A DNA stretch of 64,000 bases from Deltaproteobacteria bacterium (GCA_029262335.1 JAJCZQ010000048.1:3844-67843); one strand, 5' to 3'. Numbered from the stretch's first letter, positions 30,288 to 41,689 are shown. The notes: a model not told the origin generated them from the sequence alone. Translations and numbers: made by a program.

Positions 30288-31678
30288 GAATCATTTAAAT
30301 GTTTCTTAATATCTTCAATATTTGTAAATTTAACTCTCGGCCTTCCTTCTTTTTCACCTTTTGCTATTTCTTCCTTATCAATTTGGAGCCAGTCTTCGTA
30401 ATCGATATATTCAGGGTTCCTTTCTTTTATTAATACAGCAATCTTCTCTGAAGTAGGGTTTTCAGGCTGAAATATGTTGTTATTACTAATATCCTCTAAC
30501 ATTAGGGCTACTGTCTCTGCTGAGTCAGTCTTATTAGTCCCAATAACGCCTGTAGGGCCTCTTTTTATCCATCCTGTACAATAGAGGCCAGTTAAAGTAT
30601 TTTCTTCGCTTATATCGGTTATTCGACCGTCTTTATTGGGAATTATGCCCCAACTTTCTTTAAAAGGTATTTCGGGAAGTGGAATACCGTGATAGCCAAT
30701 TGAGCGAAACACCATATCAACATCCAAAATTTCATGATTTTCTGTACCTTTTGGTCTTAAAGAACCATCATCAGATCTGGATAAAGAGTTTTTTACAAGT
30801 TTTATGGCTTTAACTTTGCCATTTTCATCAGAAATAATTTCTGTAGGCGACAGTAAAAATCTGATGGTAAGCGCTTTTTCCTTTGTTTTTGTGTGGTTTG
30901 AATACTCACTTATCATTTCTACCTTTTTATCAACTGATCTTTCCGGATTATCTGAAAGATATCTGACAGTTAAGTCATCAAGTTGAGCTTCTGCATTAGG
31001 TATCAGGCAGTCTGCAATTTCAAGGTTTCCAAGCTCTTTTAATTCAGGATTTGTAAATGCTGCCTGTGCAGGGCCGCGCCTTCCTATCATGTAGACCTCT
31101 TTTACATTACTGTTTACTAATTTTTCAAATGCATAATCAGCTATATCAGTTTTTGATAGTTCTTCTTTGGATCGGCATAAGATTCTTGCAACATCTACTG
31201 CTACATTACCCATTCCAATAATTGCTATTTTCTCTACAGAAAGGTCGAATTCCAGGTCTGCGAACTCAGGATGTCCGTTATACCATGCCACAAATTCCGT
31301 TGCGGTGTGGCTTCTGCCAAGGTCTTCCCCTGGGATATTCATTCTTCTATCTGTCTGAGCACCTGTAGCAAATAGTATTTGATGATAATGCTGTTTCAAA
31401 TCATCAAGCGTAATATGATTTCCATACTCAATTAAACCATAGAAATTAAACTTAGGATTTGCCGCAATCTTATCGTAAACCTTTGTAACTGTTTTAATTT
31501 TTTGATGGTCAGGAGCAACACCCGACCTTACAAGGCCAAATGGTGTTGGGAGTTTGTCGTACATATCTATTTCAATATTTAGGTCACTTTTTTTTAAAAG
31601 ATGGTCTGCTGCAAAAAATCCAGCGGGCCCGGACCCTATTATTGCAATTCTGTACAGTTTGTTTTCAGTATTACTCAC
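30284..31678 (-). CDS. FprA-like NADPH:ferredoxin (adrenodoxin-type) reductase, FAD/NAD(P)-binding
   Basis: 464 aa. RIAIIGSGPAGFFAADHLLK, a second dinucleotide fold IAIIGMGNVAVDVARIL, then ...GLYCTGWIKRGPTGVIGTNK. Confidence 0.75.
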   Translation of the reverse strand: MSNTENKLYRIAIIGSGPAGFFAADHLLKKSDLNIEIDMYDKLPTPFGLVRSGVAPDHQKIKTVTKVYDKIAANPKFNFYGLIEYGNHITLDDLKQHYHQILFATGAQTDRRMNIPGEDLGRSHTATEFVAWYNGHPEFADLEFDLSVEKIAIIGMGNVAVDVARILCRSKEELSKTDIADYAFEKLVNSNVKEVYMIGRRGPAQAAFTNPELKELGNLEIADCLIPNAEAQLDDLTVRYLSDNPERSVDKKVEMISEYSNHTKTKEKALTIRFLLSPTEIISDENGKVKAIKLVKNSLSRSDDGSLRPKGTENHEILDVDMVFRSIGYHGIPLPEIPFKESWGIIPNKDGRITDISEENTLTGLYCTGWIKRGPTGVIGTNKTDSAETVALMLEDISNNNIFQPENPTSEKIAVLIKERNPEYIDYEDWLQIDKEEIAKGEKEGRPRVKFTNIEDIKKHLNDS

Positions 31679-31847
31679 GTTTGTTATTTATCCTTTCTTT
31701 TTTTATTTAGTATTTGTTAATATATATAAGTTATATTTCATTATAATTATAACAATGCTATTCTGCTCCTTTTATTAAAAGGTTGGGAATAAAAGGAAAA
31801 TTATTTTACTTTAAACTTTCGTATTTCATAGCGAAAAAGGAAATTAA

Positions 31848-34160
31848 TTGTTTGAAATGAATGTAAACGTAACGAGTCTTATAGATAAAGAACATCTGCA
31901 TCTCAAAATTGTTCATGAAATAAGTGACATAATAAACCAGTCCAGTGGTCTCGAGACCATACTTAACAGTGTGGTAAACAAGATTGGTGATTCACTTAAA
32001 TTTGATGTTGTTTCCATCTATATATTAAATGAAAAAAAGAAACATCTTCACCTGAAAGCAACTAGAGGTCTGCAGGTAGACAAGAAGAGTAAGATTACTC
32101 TTTTACCAGAAGAAGGGCTTACCGGTCTTGTTTATACTTCAATGCGTACATTGAATGTAACTCCTGCATCAACACACCCAAACTATAAATATTTTCCTGA
32201 GATAGGTGAAGAAAAATATGAAAGTTATATTGGCATACCGATTCTGCTTCATAATAAATGTGTTGGAGTATTAATCGGCCAGACTATTGAATCAAGGCAT
32301 ATAAACCCGGCTGAGGAGACGCTTTTTAAAATTATTGCTTCAAGGCTTGCAGGCCTTCTGGAAGTGGCCGATACACTTGAAAGACTAAAATCACCTTCAA
32401 TCATCAAACATGAAACAAAGACATACCAGGGGAAGGGTGTTTCGCCCGGACTAGCTATTGGTGATGCATTCGTGATGAAGGGGCTTTTCAGAGAGATAAG
32501 GGCAGAAAATATATCAAGGCCGGGGACCAAGAAAGCAGAAGAAAAAAGATTGTTAAAATCTTTTAAAGTTGTTGAAGCAGAACTTAATGAACTAATTGAA
32601 AACCTTAGTAAGGAAAAAGTCCTCTCTGAGAGTGAGATTGATATATTTCAGACCCACTTAATGATTATTGAAAGTGAGTCTCTTCAGATTCCATTACTTA
32701 ATGCTGTAAACGAATCCGAGATTACGGCTGAACAGGCTGTTGTAGACGGAGTAGAGTCGATTGCCGAACATTTTGAAAAACTTGAAGACAGGTATTTCAG
32801 GGAGAAAGCCCAGGACTTCAGGGACATTGGTGAAAGGCTTCTTCATGAACTGATTGGATCGAGCAAGAAAAAGCCAATACCAAAAAATGGAAATACAACG
32901 ATCATAGTTGCGGATGATATTGGCCCTTCATTTGTTTCAATGCTGAGTAAAGATAATGTGTCGGCCATTATTACCGAGAAGGGAGGGGAGACATCCCATG
33001 CTGTAATTATTGCTAAATCACTTGGTATCCCTGTGATTATAGGCATTGATCATATAACACAGCTAATAAGGTCAGGAGAAAAGCTGATTGTCGACGGGCG
33101 TACTGGATTTATTTTTGTTAATCCGGATAAACCTCTTATTGATGAATATGAGAACACTAATAAAAAAATTCTTTCATTAAAAGAAAAAATTGAAAAAGAA
33201 GGAATGATCTCCGGCTATAACAAACTCAATCTTAATATTACTGCCAATATTGGTTTCCCAATCGATATTGAATTTGCCAAGCAGCACAATATTGAAAATG
33301 TAGGGCTATTCAGAACAGAGTTTGCGTTTACCCAGTTTGATAAATGGCCGGGTGTTAGGGAACAGGTACAGATTTATAAAGATATATCCAAGGATTTTGA
33401 TGGATATATCACTGTGAGAACACTTGATATAGGTGCGGATAAAATTCTTCCTTATTTTAATATTCCCGAAGAAGAAAATCCGCTTCTTGGACTTCGTGCA
33501 ATAAGATTTTCAATGGAATACCTTGACCTGTTTAAAGACCAGGTAAAAGCAATCCTGCTTGGAATAAGAAAGGGCTGCAAGTTTAAGATCCTCCTTCCTA
33601 TGGTTTCATATGTATGGGAAGCAGAAACTGCGAGACAGATAATTGAAGACACTGCAATGGAGATAGGGCTTCGGAGTAATGATATTCCGTCTCTCGGACT
33701 TATGATAGAGGTCCCCGCCCTTGTTTACCAGCTCGAAGATTATAAAGACGTTGCGGACTTCTTTTCAATTGGTACAAATGATTTAATTCAGTATCTGCTT
33801 GCAGTTGACAGAAACTCAAATGTTGTTGGCCACCTTTATTCATCGTTTCATCCGGCTGTACTTAGAATGCTTAACGATATTAATAAGAAATCACAGGACC
33901 TTGGCAAGGAAGTATCTATATGCGGGGAGATGGCAGGTTCACCTTCAGGTGCCTTGATGCTTATGGCACTGGGTTATAAGAACCTTAGTGTCGCACCATC
34001 ACGAGCTGCACTTGTAAGATATATGGCAAATAAGCTGGATAATAATATACTTAACAAAATCCGCTCAGAGATTATCACACAAAGAAAAGAAGCTGAAATT
34101 GAAAGGTATATCTATGAAATACTTGAAGATATTGACCCGTCTCTTGTTGAAATTGAGTAA
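31848..34160 (+). CDS. ptsP: Phosphoenolpyruvate-protein phosphotransferase with N-terminal GAF domain (EI-Ntr, PtsP-like)
   Basis: 770 aa. N-terminal GAF domain followed by Enzyme I (GGETSHAVIIAKSLGIPVIIG with the phospho-His; C-terminal PEP-binding TIM barrel ...GEMAGSP...). Confidence 0.8.
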   Translation: MFEMNVNVTSLIDKEHLHLKIVHEISDIINQSSGLETILNSVVNKIGDSLKFDVVSIYILNEKKKHLHLKATRGLQVDKKSKITLLPEEGLTGLVYTSMRTLNVTPASTHPNYKYFPEIGEEKYESYIGIPILLHNKCVGVLIGQTIESRHINPAEETLFKIIASRLAGLLEVADTLERLKSPSIIKHETKTYQGKGVSPGLAIGDAFVMKGLFREIRAENISRPGTKKAEEKRLLKSFKVVEAELNELIENLSKEKVLSESEIDIFQTHLMIIESESLQIPLLNAVNESEITAEQAVVDGVESIAEHFEKLEDRYFREKAQDFRDIGERLLHELIGSSKKKPIPKNGNTTIIVADDIGPSFVSMLSKDNVSAIITEKGGETSHAVIIAKSLGIPVIIGIDHITQLIRSGEKLIVDGRTGFIFVNPDKPLIDEYENTNKKILSLKEKIEKEGMISGYNKLNLNITANIGFPIDIEFAKQHNIENVGLFRTEFAFTQFDKWPGVREQVQIYKDISKDFDGYITVRTLDIGADKILPYFNIPEEENPLLGLRAIRFSMEYLDLFKDQVKAILLGIRKGCKFKILLPMVSYVWEAETARQIIEDTAMEIGLRSNDIPSLGLMIEVPALVYQLEDYKDVADFFSIGTNDLIQYLLAVDRNSNVVGHLYSSFHPAVLRMLNDINKKSQDLGKEVSICGEMAGSPSGALMLMALGYKNLSVAPSRAALVRYMANKLDNNILNKIRSEIITQRKEAEIERYIYEILEDIDPSLVEIE

Positions 34161-34212
34161 TTAATATTCTATCTTTACTGTTCACTTATTCATTCCTGTT
34201 CAATTATAAAAT

Positions 34213-35106
34213 ATGCAATTAACTAAAACACACATTGCCCTATTTGTTGCAACGCTTATAACTACATTCCTTGCAGGCTACCTTCAGGGCGGAACTGTAG
34301 TCAGTGGTTTGTCATTCTCAATATCTTTGCTTTTTATATTAGGGTCTCACGAGATGGGACATTACTACTACGGAAGAAAATACGGAATACTTATAACTCC
34401 TCCATATTTTATTCCTGTACCCCCTCCATTTATTGCAGGGACTATGGGTGCATTTATAAGAATAAAATCTCAGATTACCTCAAAAAAAGCACTGTTTGAT
34501 ATAGGTGTTGCCGGGCCAATTGCAGGAATAATTGCGGCAATTCCCGTACTCATTATAGGTATAAAGTTGTCAGAAATCGTACCATTGCAAGACATTGGAG
34601 AAGTTGAAGCAATTTATCTTGGGGACTCATTAATTTTTTCATTCTTTGTTGCTATGATTTACGGCTCTATTGAAGAAGGATATGATATATTTCTTCATCC
34701 TGCAGCATTTGCAGGCTGGATTGGGCTATTTGTAACAGCGTTAAATCTTATACCTTCTGGACAGCTTGATGGCGGGCATCTTGTTTATTCTCTTTTGAAT
34801 AAAAAATTTCATTCTATTATTTCACACATTTCAATATTTATAATTATAGTTCTGGGTTTGGGTACTGAACCAATAGTTAATCTTTTGTCTTCGTTTAATA
34901 TTAATTTAAATATTCCAGATTATTTGTTGTTTCAGGGATGGTTCGGGTGGATTATATGGGCATTTTTACTAGTTATTATGGGCACAAGACATCCACCTAC
35001 AATGTACGAAGAATCGGATATTGGGCCAAAAAGGAAAATAATAGCGGTGATTACACTGTTGATATTCATAGGTTCTTTTATGCCTGTACCTTTTAGTCTC
35101 AAGTAA
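34213..35106 (+). CDS. Site-2 protease family (M50) membrane metalloprotease
   Basis: 297 aa, multi-TM. HEMGHY (HExxH) inside a TM segment; downstream LDGG motif (QLDGGHLV). Confidence 0.75.
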   Translation: MQLTKTHIALFVATLITTFLAGYLQGGTVVSGLSFSISLLFILGSHEMGHYYYGRKYGILITPPYFIPVPPPFIAGTMGAFIRIKSQITSKKALFDIGVAGPIAGIIAAIPVLIIGIKLSEIVPLQDIGEVEAIYLGDSLIFSFFVAMIYGSIEEGYDIFLHPAAFAGWIGLFVTALNLIPSGQLDGGHLVYSLLNKKFHSIISHISIFIIIVLGLGTEPIVNLLSSFNINLNIPDYLLFQGWFGWIIWAFLLVIMGTRHPPTMYEESDIGPKRKIIAVITLLIFIGSFMPVPFSLK

Positions 35107-35319
35107 AAATTATTAATATATTCTTAATATTTATGATGTATAATTAAAAAAAATTAAAGGAACATTGAAAAAAGATATTAAATCTGGTATTTTCATGCGT
35201 GGGAAAAAAATAGATAGTATCTAAAATTGTTTGTATTTCCCTGCTTACACCCTTTATTTTTATAATTAAAGCATAGTAAGATTAATAACAAAAGACTTAG
35301 TTCTTAAGGAGGTAATATT

Positions 35320-36609
35320 ATGTCTAACGACACATTATCCATCACAGATAACAGAACCGGAAGTACTTATGAAATTCCAATCGAGAACGACACAATCAAA
35401 GCCACTGATCTCAGGCAGATAAAGGTTAATGATGAAGATTTTGGAATGATGAGTTATGATCCAGCATTTGGTAACACTGCATCTTGTAAAAGTAAAGTAA
35501 CTTTCATTGATGGTGAAAAAGGTATTTTACGCTACAGGGGATACCCTATAGAGCAGCTTGCAGAGAAGAGCACTTTTCTTGAGGTTTCATCTTTATTACT
35601 AAATGGTGAACTACCAAATAAAAAAGAGCTTGAAGCTTTCTCCCATGATATAACACACCACACTTATCTTCATGAAAATATTAAAAAGATCATTGACAGT
35701 TTCAGGTACGATGCTCACCCAATGGGTATGCTCATGGGTACGGTAGCTGCACTCTCTACTTTTTATCCTGAAGCTAAAGATATTTTCGATACAGAAAATA
35801 ATGAATTACAGATCAAAAGACTGATTGCAAAAATGCCAACTATTGCAGGTTTCTCATACAGGCATATAATGGGTCTTCCATACATCTATCCTGACAACGA
35901 ACTAAGTTATGCCGGAAACTTTTTAAACATGATGTTTAAAATGGCAGAAGCTAAGTACGTTCCAAACAAGGTAATTGAAAAAGCTATTGACGTATTGTTC
36001 ATTCTTCATGCTGACCACGAACAGAACTGCAGCGCAAGCGCAATGAGAAGTGTAGGTAGCTCGCAGCCTGATCCATATTCAGCAGCAGCAGCAGGAGTAG
36101 GTGCTCTTTACGGGCCACTTCATGGCGGTGCAAATGAAGCAGTACTTGAGATGCTTGCTGAGATAGGTTCTAAAGACAGGATCCCTGAATTTATTGAAAG
36201 AGCTAAAAAAGGCGAATTCAGACTTATGGGATTTGGACACAGGGTTTACAAAGCGTATGACCCAAGAGCCAAGATAATAAAAGACGCAGCTCACGAAGTG
36301 TTCGAAGAAACCGGTAAGAACCCACTTCTAGACATAGCACTTGAACTTGAAAGAATTGCACTTGAAGATGATTATTTCGTAAAAAGAAAACTTTATCCAA
36401 ATGTTGATTTTTATTCAGGTCTTATCTACCAGAGTATGGGACTTCCAACCAGTATGTTTACAGTACTCTTTGCTATTGCAAGGACACCAGGATGGCTTGC
36501 TCAGTGGAAAGAAATGCTTGAAGACCCTGAAACAAGGATCGCAAGACCTCGTCAGGTCTATACCGGGTATGACGAAAGGGACTATGTTCCAATGAGTAAA
36601 AGAAAATAA
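35320..36609 (+). CDS. gltA: Citrate synthase
   Basis: 429 aa. ...GYPIEQLAE...LHADHEQNCSASAMRSVGSS...GFGHRVYK...DPR... are canonical citrate synthase motifs. AAGGAGG RBS. Confidence 0.95.
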   Translation: MSNDTLSITDNRTGSTYEIPIENDTIKATDLRQIKVNDEDFGMMSYDPAFGNTASCKSKVTFIDGEKGILRYRGYPIEQLAEKSTFLEVSSLLLNGELPNKKELEAFSHDITHHTYLHENIKKIIDSFRYDAHPMGMLMGTVAALSTFYPEAKDIFDTENNELQIKRLIAKMPTIAGFSYRHIMGLPYIYPDNELSYAGNFLNMMFKMAEAKYVPNKVIEKAIDVLFILHADHEQNCSASAMRSVGSSQPDPYSAAAAGVGALYGPLHGGANEAVLEMLAEIGSKDRIPEFIERAKKGEFRLMGFGHRVYKAYDPRAKIIKDAAHEVFEETGKNPLLDIALELERIALEDDYFVKRKLYPNVDFYSGLIYQSMGLPTSMFTVLFAIARTPGWLAQWKEMLEDPETRIARPRQVYTGYDERDYVPMSKRK

Positions 36610-36640
36610 AAGTTTATAAAGGATTATGGAGTGATATAAA

Positions 36641-36667
36641 AAGGGGCCTTTGGCCCCTTTTTTATTT
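36641..36667. terminator. Bidirectional rho-independent terminator between the convergent gltA and a minus-strand small ORF
   Basis: AAAGGGGCC-TTT-GGCCCCTTTTTTATTTT. A perfect 6-bp GC stem flanked by A-run and T-run, so it can work on both strands. Confidence 0.8.
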
Positions 36668-37012
36668 TCCGGAAAACTGTTTGCTTATAATATCGTTGTA
36701 AAAGTAGTCAATTGAGTGTTCTACAGATTTTATAAAAAGATTTATTACAGAAGTTTTACTGTCCTCATCTTTAAAAAATATTATTCTTTCTTCTCCGTCC
36801 GGAATAGCAGATCCCAGCAATTCGAGGAATGATTCAGAAAACGATTCAATATCTTCATTAAGAATTCTTTCAATTATAGTTTGGTCCTGAAGGTCATACT
36901 TTTTCTTTTCTATCTTGTTTTGAAGATTACTTAATATTTCCTGCGAAGTAAGTTCAGGATAACTATCCTTTGTAATATTTTCAAAAGTTGTCAGAAGGTC
37001 TTCTATATACAT
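36662..37012 (-). CDS. Hypothetical small acidic protein
   Basis: 116-aa ORF, co-directional with and 1 nt downstream of the M42 peptidase gene. No recognisable motifs. Confidence 0.4.
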   Translation of the reverse strand: MYIEDLLTTFENITKDSYPELTSQEILSNLQNKIEKKKYDLQDQTIIERILNEDIESFSESFLELLGSAIPDGEERIIFFKDEDSKTSVINLFIKSVEHSIDYFYNDIISKQFSGK

Positions 37013-37013
37013 A

Positions 37014-38039
37014 TTAATATTTTAGTCTGTTAATATTTTCTATTAGTTTGTAAATAAGATTAATAGTACTGTTTATGTCATTTTTATAAGCAATAGAACT
37101 TGGGCTGTGTAAATATCTTGTGGGAACAGATATTACAGCAGCTCTGCTTCCTTTGCCGGTAACCTGCATTGCTGTTGCATTAGTACCGCCTGCGAGCTTT
37201 ACAGTTACCTGGGTTGGTATTTTATTCTTTTTCCCAATATCAATAATAAATCTGCTGAACTTTCTGTCAGCTACAAGATACCTGTCTGATAGTCTTATCT
37301 CCGGGCCTTTGTTTGTATTTGCAAGCGATTTGTGGTCTGGTACACTTGGGATATCCATAGCAACAGTTCCCTCTATTGCAACAACAAAGTCTGGTTCTAT
37401 GACAGGTGTTATTAAACGTGCTCCCCTAAGGCCTGCTTCCTCCTGTACGGTAGAAGTTACGTACAGGTCACAGTTTATTTTAGGTTTTTTTCTTAGCGCT
37501 TCAATAATTACAAAAAGCCCCATTCTGTCATCAAGGGCCTTGGAAATAAATGAATCTTCTGTTTCAACAAGTTCGGAATCAAATGAAACAAAGTCCCCAA
37601 TATTTACAAGTTTATTTACTTTTGCTGGTGAGAGCCCGACATCAATTACGCAGTCTTCAATCTCGGGCACTTCTTTGTTGTTTCCTGATTTACTTATGTG
37701 AGGGGGGATTGATGCTACAGTCCCAATAAGAGGTTTTTTGCCCCATACAACAAGTCTCTGGGCATAAAATACCCTTGGGTCCATTCCACCCATTGGTGTT
37801 ACCCTGATAAATCCGTTCTTATCTATGTGATGTACCATAAAACCAACTTCATCCATATGGGCATCAATAACGAGTTTTGGGCCTTTACCGCCAATATGAG
37901 CAATCACATTTCCCATTGCATCGATAGTAATATCTTTAGTAAATTTATTGTATTCTTTTAGTATAATTTCGCGGATCAGTTCTTCACCGCCGGGCATTCC
38001 GTGAGTGTCACAAAGTTTTTTAAGTAATTTAGAGTCCAT
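37014..38039 (-). CDS. M42-family (FrvX/TET-like) glutamyl aminopeptidase
   Basis: 341 aa. ...AMGNVIAHIGG...VIDAHMDEVGFMV...FSVQEEAGLRGA...: M42 residue pattern, plausible metal ligands. Confidence 0.8.
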   Translation of the reverse strand: MDSKLLKKLCDTHGMPGGEELIREIILKEYNKFTKDITIDAMGNVIAHIGGKGPKLVIDAHMDEVGFMVHHIDKNGFIRVTPMGGMDPRVFYAQRLVVWGKKPLIGTVASIPPHISKSGNNKEVPEIEDCVIDVGLSPAKVNKLVNIGDFVSFDSELVETEDSFISKALDDRMGLFVIIEALRKKPKINCDLYVTSTVQEEAGLRGARLITPVIEPDFVVAIEGTVAMDIPSVPDHKSLANTNKGPEIRLSDRYLVADRKFSRFIIDIGKKNKIPTQVTVKLAGGTNATAMQVTGKGSRAAVISVPTRYLHSPSSIAYKNDINSTINLIYKLIENINRLKY

Positions 38040-38124
38040 AGTGGGTTTGATTATAACTCAACATAGTTCATTTTCCAGTTAAAGAATTGATTTAATAGTC
38101 TAAAAAAACTAATATCTTATATAT

Positions 38125-39465
38125 ATGAGTAAGAATTATGACCTAAGCGATGACTCCTTGCTGTTTAAACAGCCGGAATCAACTAAACCTCTTGCAGAAA
38201 GAATGCGTCCAAAAGAAATTGAAGATGTTGTTGGACAGGACCACCTGCTTGGCAATGATGGTGTTGTAAAGAAAATGATAGACAGTGGTTCGCTCAGGCC
38301 CATGATCTTCTGGGGCCCTCCCGGTACGGGAAAGACTACACTCGCTCAGATTATTGCCAGAAAAGTAAAAGCAAGATTCTTCCAGTTAAATGCAATCTCA
38401 TCAGGTGTAAAGGATATTAGAGAGGTTATTGAAAAGGCAAATGAATCAATAATGTCCGGAAGCAAGACCATTCTTTTTATTGATGAAATTCACAGGTTTA
38501 ACAAATCCCAGCAGGCTGCTCTTCTTAAAAGTGTAGAAGACGGTACTGTCATATTAATAGGTGCTACTACGGAAAACCCATCTTTTGAAGTAATAACTCC
38601 GCTTCTTTCTAGGTGCCAGGTTTATACTCTCAATTCACTTTCCGAAGACGACCTTAAGTTAATCCTCGAAACAACGATTAAAAAAGATGAGTTTCTGACC
38701 GATTTAAAAATAGATGATGAAGCTAAATCAGAATATGTAAGACTTAGCGGCGGTGATGCAAGGGTAATGCTAAATGCTATAGAAGTTACGGATTCTTTGC
38801 TTGTAAATGAGAAAAATAAGAAAGTTGGCATTGAGAAAGTAAAAGAAGCGTTCCAGACCCAGCATTTCAGATACGACCAGACTGGAGAGGAGCATTACAA
38901 TACAATCTCAGCTTATATTAAAAGCGTAAGGGGAAGTGACCCTGATGCGGCTGTCTATTATCTGTCGCGAATGCTGGAGGCCGGTGAAGATGTGAAATTT
39001 GTAGCAAGAAGGTTGATAGTCCTCGCATCCGAAGACATTGGTAATGCCGAACCTTATGCACTGACCTTAGCAACAAGCTGCTTTACTGCTGTTACTTATG
39101 TCGGACTGCCGGAAGCTGCTTTAATATTAGCTCAGACCACAACATATCTTGCAAGCTGTCCTAAAAGTAATGCAGCTTATAAAGCACTTCAAAAAGCCGG
39201 GGAAGATGTAAGGTCTAAACCTAATCTCAAAATACCCATGCATCTTCGAAATGCCCCTACAAAACTTATGAAAGATATGGGTTACGGCAAGCACTACAAG
39301 TATTCCCATGATTATGAGGAACATTTTATAGAACAGGACTTTTTGCCTGAAGAACTTGTTAGCAATATATACTACGAACCTACTGAGATAGGCCGTGAGG
39401 CTGCGTTAAAAAAATACCTTGATGTAAAGTGGAAGAAACGGCAGAAAGATGCAGATAATGAATAG
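38125..39465 (+). CDS. rarA: Replication-associated recombination protein A (AAA+ ATPase RarA/MgsA)
   Basis: 446 aa. [21 protein letters not shown]...[15 protein letters not shown]...[15 protein letters not shown]...[11 protein letters not shown]... is canonical RarA. Confidence 0.9.
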   Translation: MSKNYDLSDDSLLFKQPESTKPLAERMRPKEIEDVVGQDHLLGNDGVVKKMIDSGSLRPMIFWGPPGTGKTTLAQIIARKVKARFFQLNAISSGVKDIREVIEKANESIMSGSKTILFIDEIHRFNKSQQAALLKSVEDGTVILIGATTENPSFEVITPLLSRCQVYTLNSLSEDDLKLILETTIKKDEFLTDLKIDDEAKSEYVRLSGGDARVMLNAIEVTDSLLVNEKNKKVGIEKVKEAFQTQHFRYDQTGEEHYNTISAYIKSVRGSDPDAAVYYLSRMLEAGEDVKFVARRLIVLASEDIGNAEPYALTLATSCFTAVTYVGLPEAALILAQTTTYLASCPKSNAAYKALQKAGEDVRSKPNLKIPMHLRNAPTKLMKDMGYGKHYKYSHDYEEHFIEQDFLPEELVSNIYYEPTEIGREAALKKYLDVKWKKRQKDADNE

Positions 39466-39858
39466 TTATTTTCTTTCAATTAACTCAACTTTATAACCAT
39501 CAGGGTCTTCAAAGAAAGCTATAACAGTAGTTCCGTGCATCATGGGGCCGGGAGGCCTTGTGATTTTACCGCCAAGTGATTCTATTTTTTCACAGGTTGC
39601 ATAAATATCCTCAACACCGAATGCCATATGGCCATATGCATTACCTATTTCATATTCAGAAGTGTTCCAGTTGTGAGTAAGTTCAAGAAAAGGTTCCGTA
39701 TCGCCGCCATAACCCAGAAATGCCAATGAAAATTTTCCATCCGGGTACTCAGTAGTCCTGTGGTGTTTTAATCCGATTACCTGAGTGTAGAAATTGATTG
39801 ATTTATCCAGGTCCCCAACTCTTATCATTGTGTGTAAATATTTCATAGATATCCTCAA
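39466..39858 (-). CDS. gloA: Lactoylglutathione lyase (glyoxalase I)
   Basis: 130 aa. MKYLHTMIRVGDLDKSINFY...LELTHNWN...GNAYGHMAFGVEDI... is canonical GloA. Confidence 0.85.
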   Translation of the reverse strand: MRISMKYLHTMIRVGDLDKSINFYTQVIGLKHHRTTEYPDGKFSLAFLGYGGDTEPFLELTHNWNTSEYEIGNAYGHMAFGVEDIYATCEKIESLGGKITRPPGPMMHGTTVIAFFEDPDGYKVELIERK

Positions 39859-39937
39859 ATTAGATTTATAATTTATAACAATATATTAAAATAGTTATTA
39901 TATCTATCTGAAATTTAATTCTTATTAGAGGTATGAA

Positions 39938-40969
39938 ATGAAAGTAGGCATAACAGGAGCCACAGGTTTTATTGGCGGCAGATTATTAAAGCGCATGCTG
40001 AGTGACGGTTATGAGGTAAAGTGCCTAGTAAGAGATAAGGCTAAAGCAAACGTACTTCAGAAATTAGGTGCTGAAACTTACATGGGAAATTTGTCAGATC
40101 CGGACACTCTTAAAGATTTTCCACATGGGTGTGAATATATATTTCATATCGCTGCTTTTGTATCAGACTGGGGTAAAAAATATGAATTTTATAAAAGCAA
40201 TGTCCAGGCAACAAAAGTATTACTAGAGGCTTCAAAAAAACATGAAGTAAAACGTTTTATATTTATGAGTTCATCTACGGTTGTCTGGAACTCAAGTTTC
40301 TGGAAAATACACAACCTGGAAAATATTAATGAAACGTTCCCGTGCCCAAATAAACACAGCGACCATTACAACCACTCCAAGTACCTTGCGGAAAGGGCTG
40401 TAATAGATTTCTCAAAAAACAATAACCTTGAAACAGTAGTTATCAGGCCTTCGAATGTTTGGGGTGCAGGAGATACTGTAATCCTTCCAAGAATTGCAAA
40501 GGCCGCTAAAAAGAAGTTCCTGATACCAATGGGCAATGGCAAAAATGAAACCACTCCCTGCCATGTTGATAACCTCGTAGAGAGTATGATAATTGCTTCC
40601 ACAAATGAAAATGCTCCGGGGAAAGTATATTTTATAAACGATGGGAAAAAGATTAACTATTACAAATTTCTTCAGGACCAGCTATACGCAGCTGGCATAA
40701 GCTGGACACCAACATTTAAGATTCCATATAAATTAGGTTATCTTTTAGCTACTTCTATGGAAGTAATCTTTACTATAATAAGGTCTTCAAAACCACCTGT
40801 GCTCACAAGGTTTGCTGTTGCCGCACTTTCAGGAAACAGGAGTTACAGTATCTCAAGAGCAAAAAAGGATCTTGATTATAATCCGGTAATTACCTATGAA
40901 GAGGGGATGAAAAGACTTCGCGAATGGGTTATTAACATTGGTGGTAAAGAAAAACTGCTTGAAGACTAG
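39938..40969 (+). CDS. NAD-dependent epimerase/dehydratase (3-beta-HSD/SDR-extended family)
   Basis: 343 aa. GITGATGFIGGRLLKRM is a Rossmann motif; YxxxK catalytic dyad (YNHSKYLAE). Confidence 0.75.
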   Translation: MKVGITGATGFIGGRLLKRMLSDGYEVKCLVRDKAKANVLQKLGAETYMGNLSDPDTLKDFPHGCEYIFHIAAFVSDWGKKYEFYKSNVQATKVLLEASKKHEVKRFIFMSSSTVVWNSSFWKIHNLENINETFPCPNKHSDHYNHSKYLAERAVIDFSKNNNLETVVIRPSNVWGAGDTVILPRIAKAAKKKFLIPMGNGKNETTPCHVDNLVESMIIASTNENAPGKVYFINDGKKINYYKFLQDQLYAAGISWTPTFKIPYKLGYLLATSMEVIFTIIRSSKPPVLTRFAVAALSGNRSYSISRAKKDLDYNPVITYEEGMKRLREWVINIGGKEKLLED

Positions 40970-41689
40970 TTGGTTAAATTATTGAATAACAGCTATATAA
41001 AGATAGATACTCTTTCAAAATCCTTTGGCTTTAAAAAAGTATTAGACGGTATTAATTTACAGTTTGAAAAAGGTGATTTTGTAACTTTATTTGGCCCTAA
41101 CGGGGCCGGTAAAACTACGTTAATAAGAATATTATCTACTATTTTAAAAAGTGATGAAGGAAATATTACAATATCTGATTATGACATTAAAAAAAATGTG
41201 TCGGATATAAGAAAGATTATTGGCCTACTATCTCATGAAAATTTTCTTTATCAAAATCTTACAGTTACCGAAAATCTCATATTTTTTGCAAAGCTGTATA
41301 ACGTTAAAAATTCTGAAGAATCCATATCCTATAAACTCAATAAGATTGGTATATATTCAAAAAGAAATGAACTGATAAGAAATTTATCAAGTGGCATGAA
41401 ACAAAGGGTCTCTATTGTGAGATCTTTAGTGCATGATCCCGAAATAATATTTCTTGATGAACCATTTGTAGGATTGGACATTGAAGGGTCCGAATATCTC
41501 CTTGAATTGTTTAGCGAATTTAAAAAAGAAAATAAAACAGCTTTAGTTACAACACATGATCTTAGACTTGGGCTACATGAATGTACAAAAGTTGTTGTAA
41601 TAAATAAAGGACAGATAAGATTTAATGAAATTATTGAAAATGTAGATGTTAATAGTTTCGAATCTACATATAAATCTTTGATTGCCTGA
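40970..41689 (+). CDS. ccmA: Heme exporter ATP-binding protein CcmA
   Basis: TTG start (alternative TTG at 40982). Walker A GPNGAGKTT, signature LSSGMKQRVSIVR, Walker B IIFLDEPFVGLD. Located directly upstream of ccmB/ccmC. Confidence 0.75.
   Translation: MVKLLNNSYIKIDTLSKSFGFKKVLDGINLQFEKGDFVTLFGPNGAGKTTLIRILSTILKSDEGNITISDYDIKKNVSDIRKIIGLLSHENFLYQNLTVTENLIFFAKLYNVKNSEESISYKLNKIGIYSKRNELIRNLSSGMKQRVSIVRSLVHDPEIIFLDEPFVGLDIEGSEYLLELFSEFKKENKTALVTTHDLRLGLHECTKVVVINKGQIRFNEIIENVDVNSFESTYKSLIA

Noticed and set aside
35107-35319. 213-nt gltA leader as a possible riboswitch or regulatory RNA
   Set aside because: No recognisable conserved riboswitch core, no convincing stem-loops, and the length and AT-richness fit an ordinary promoter/UTR. 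A strong RBS (AAGGAGG) is present, but nothing more.
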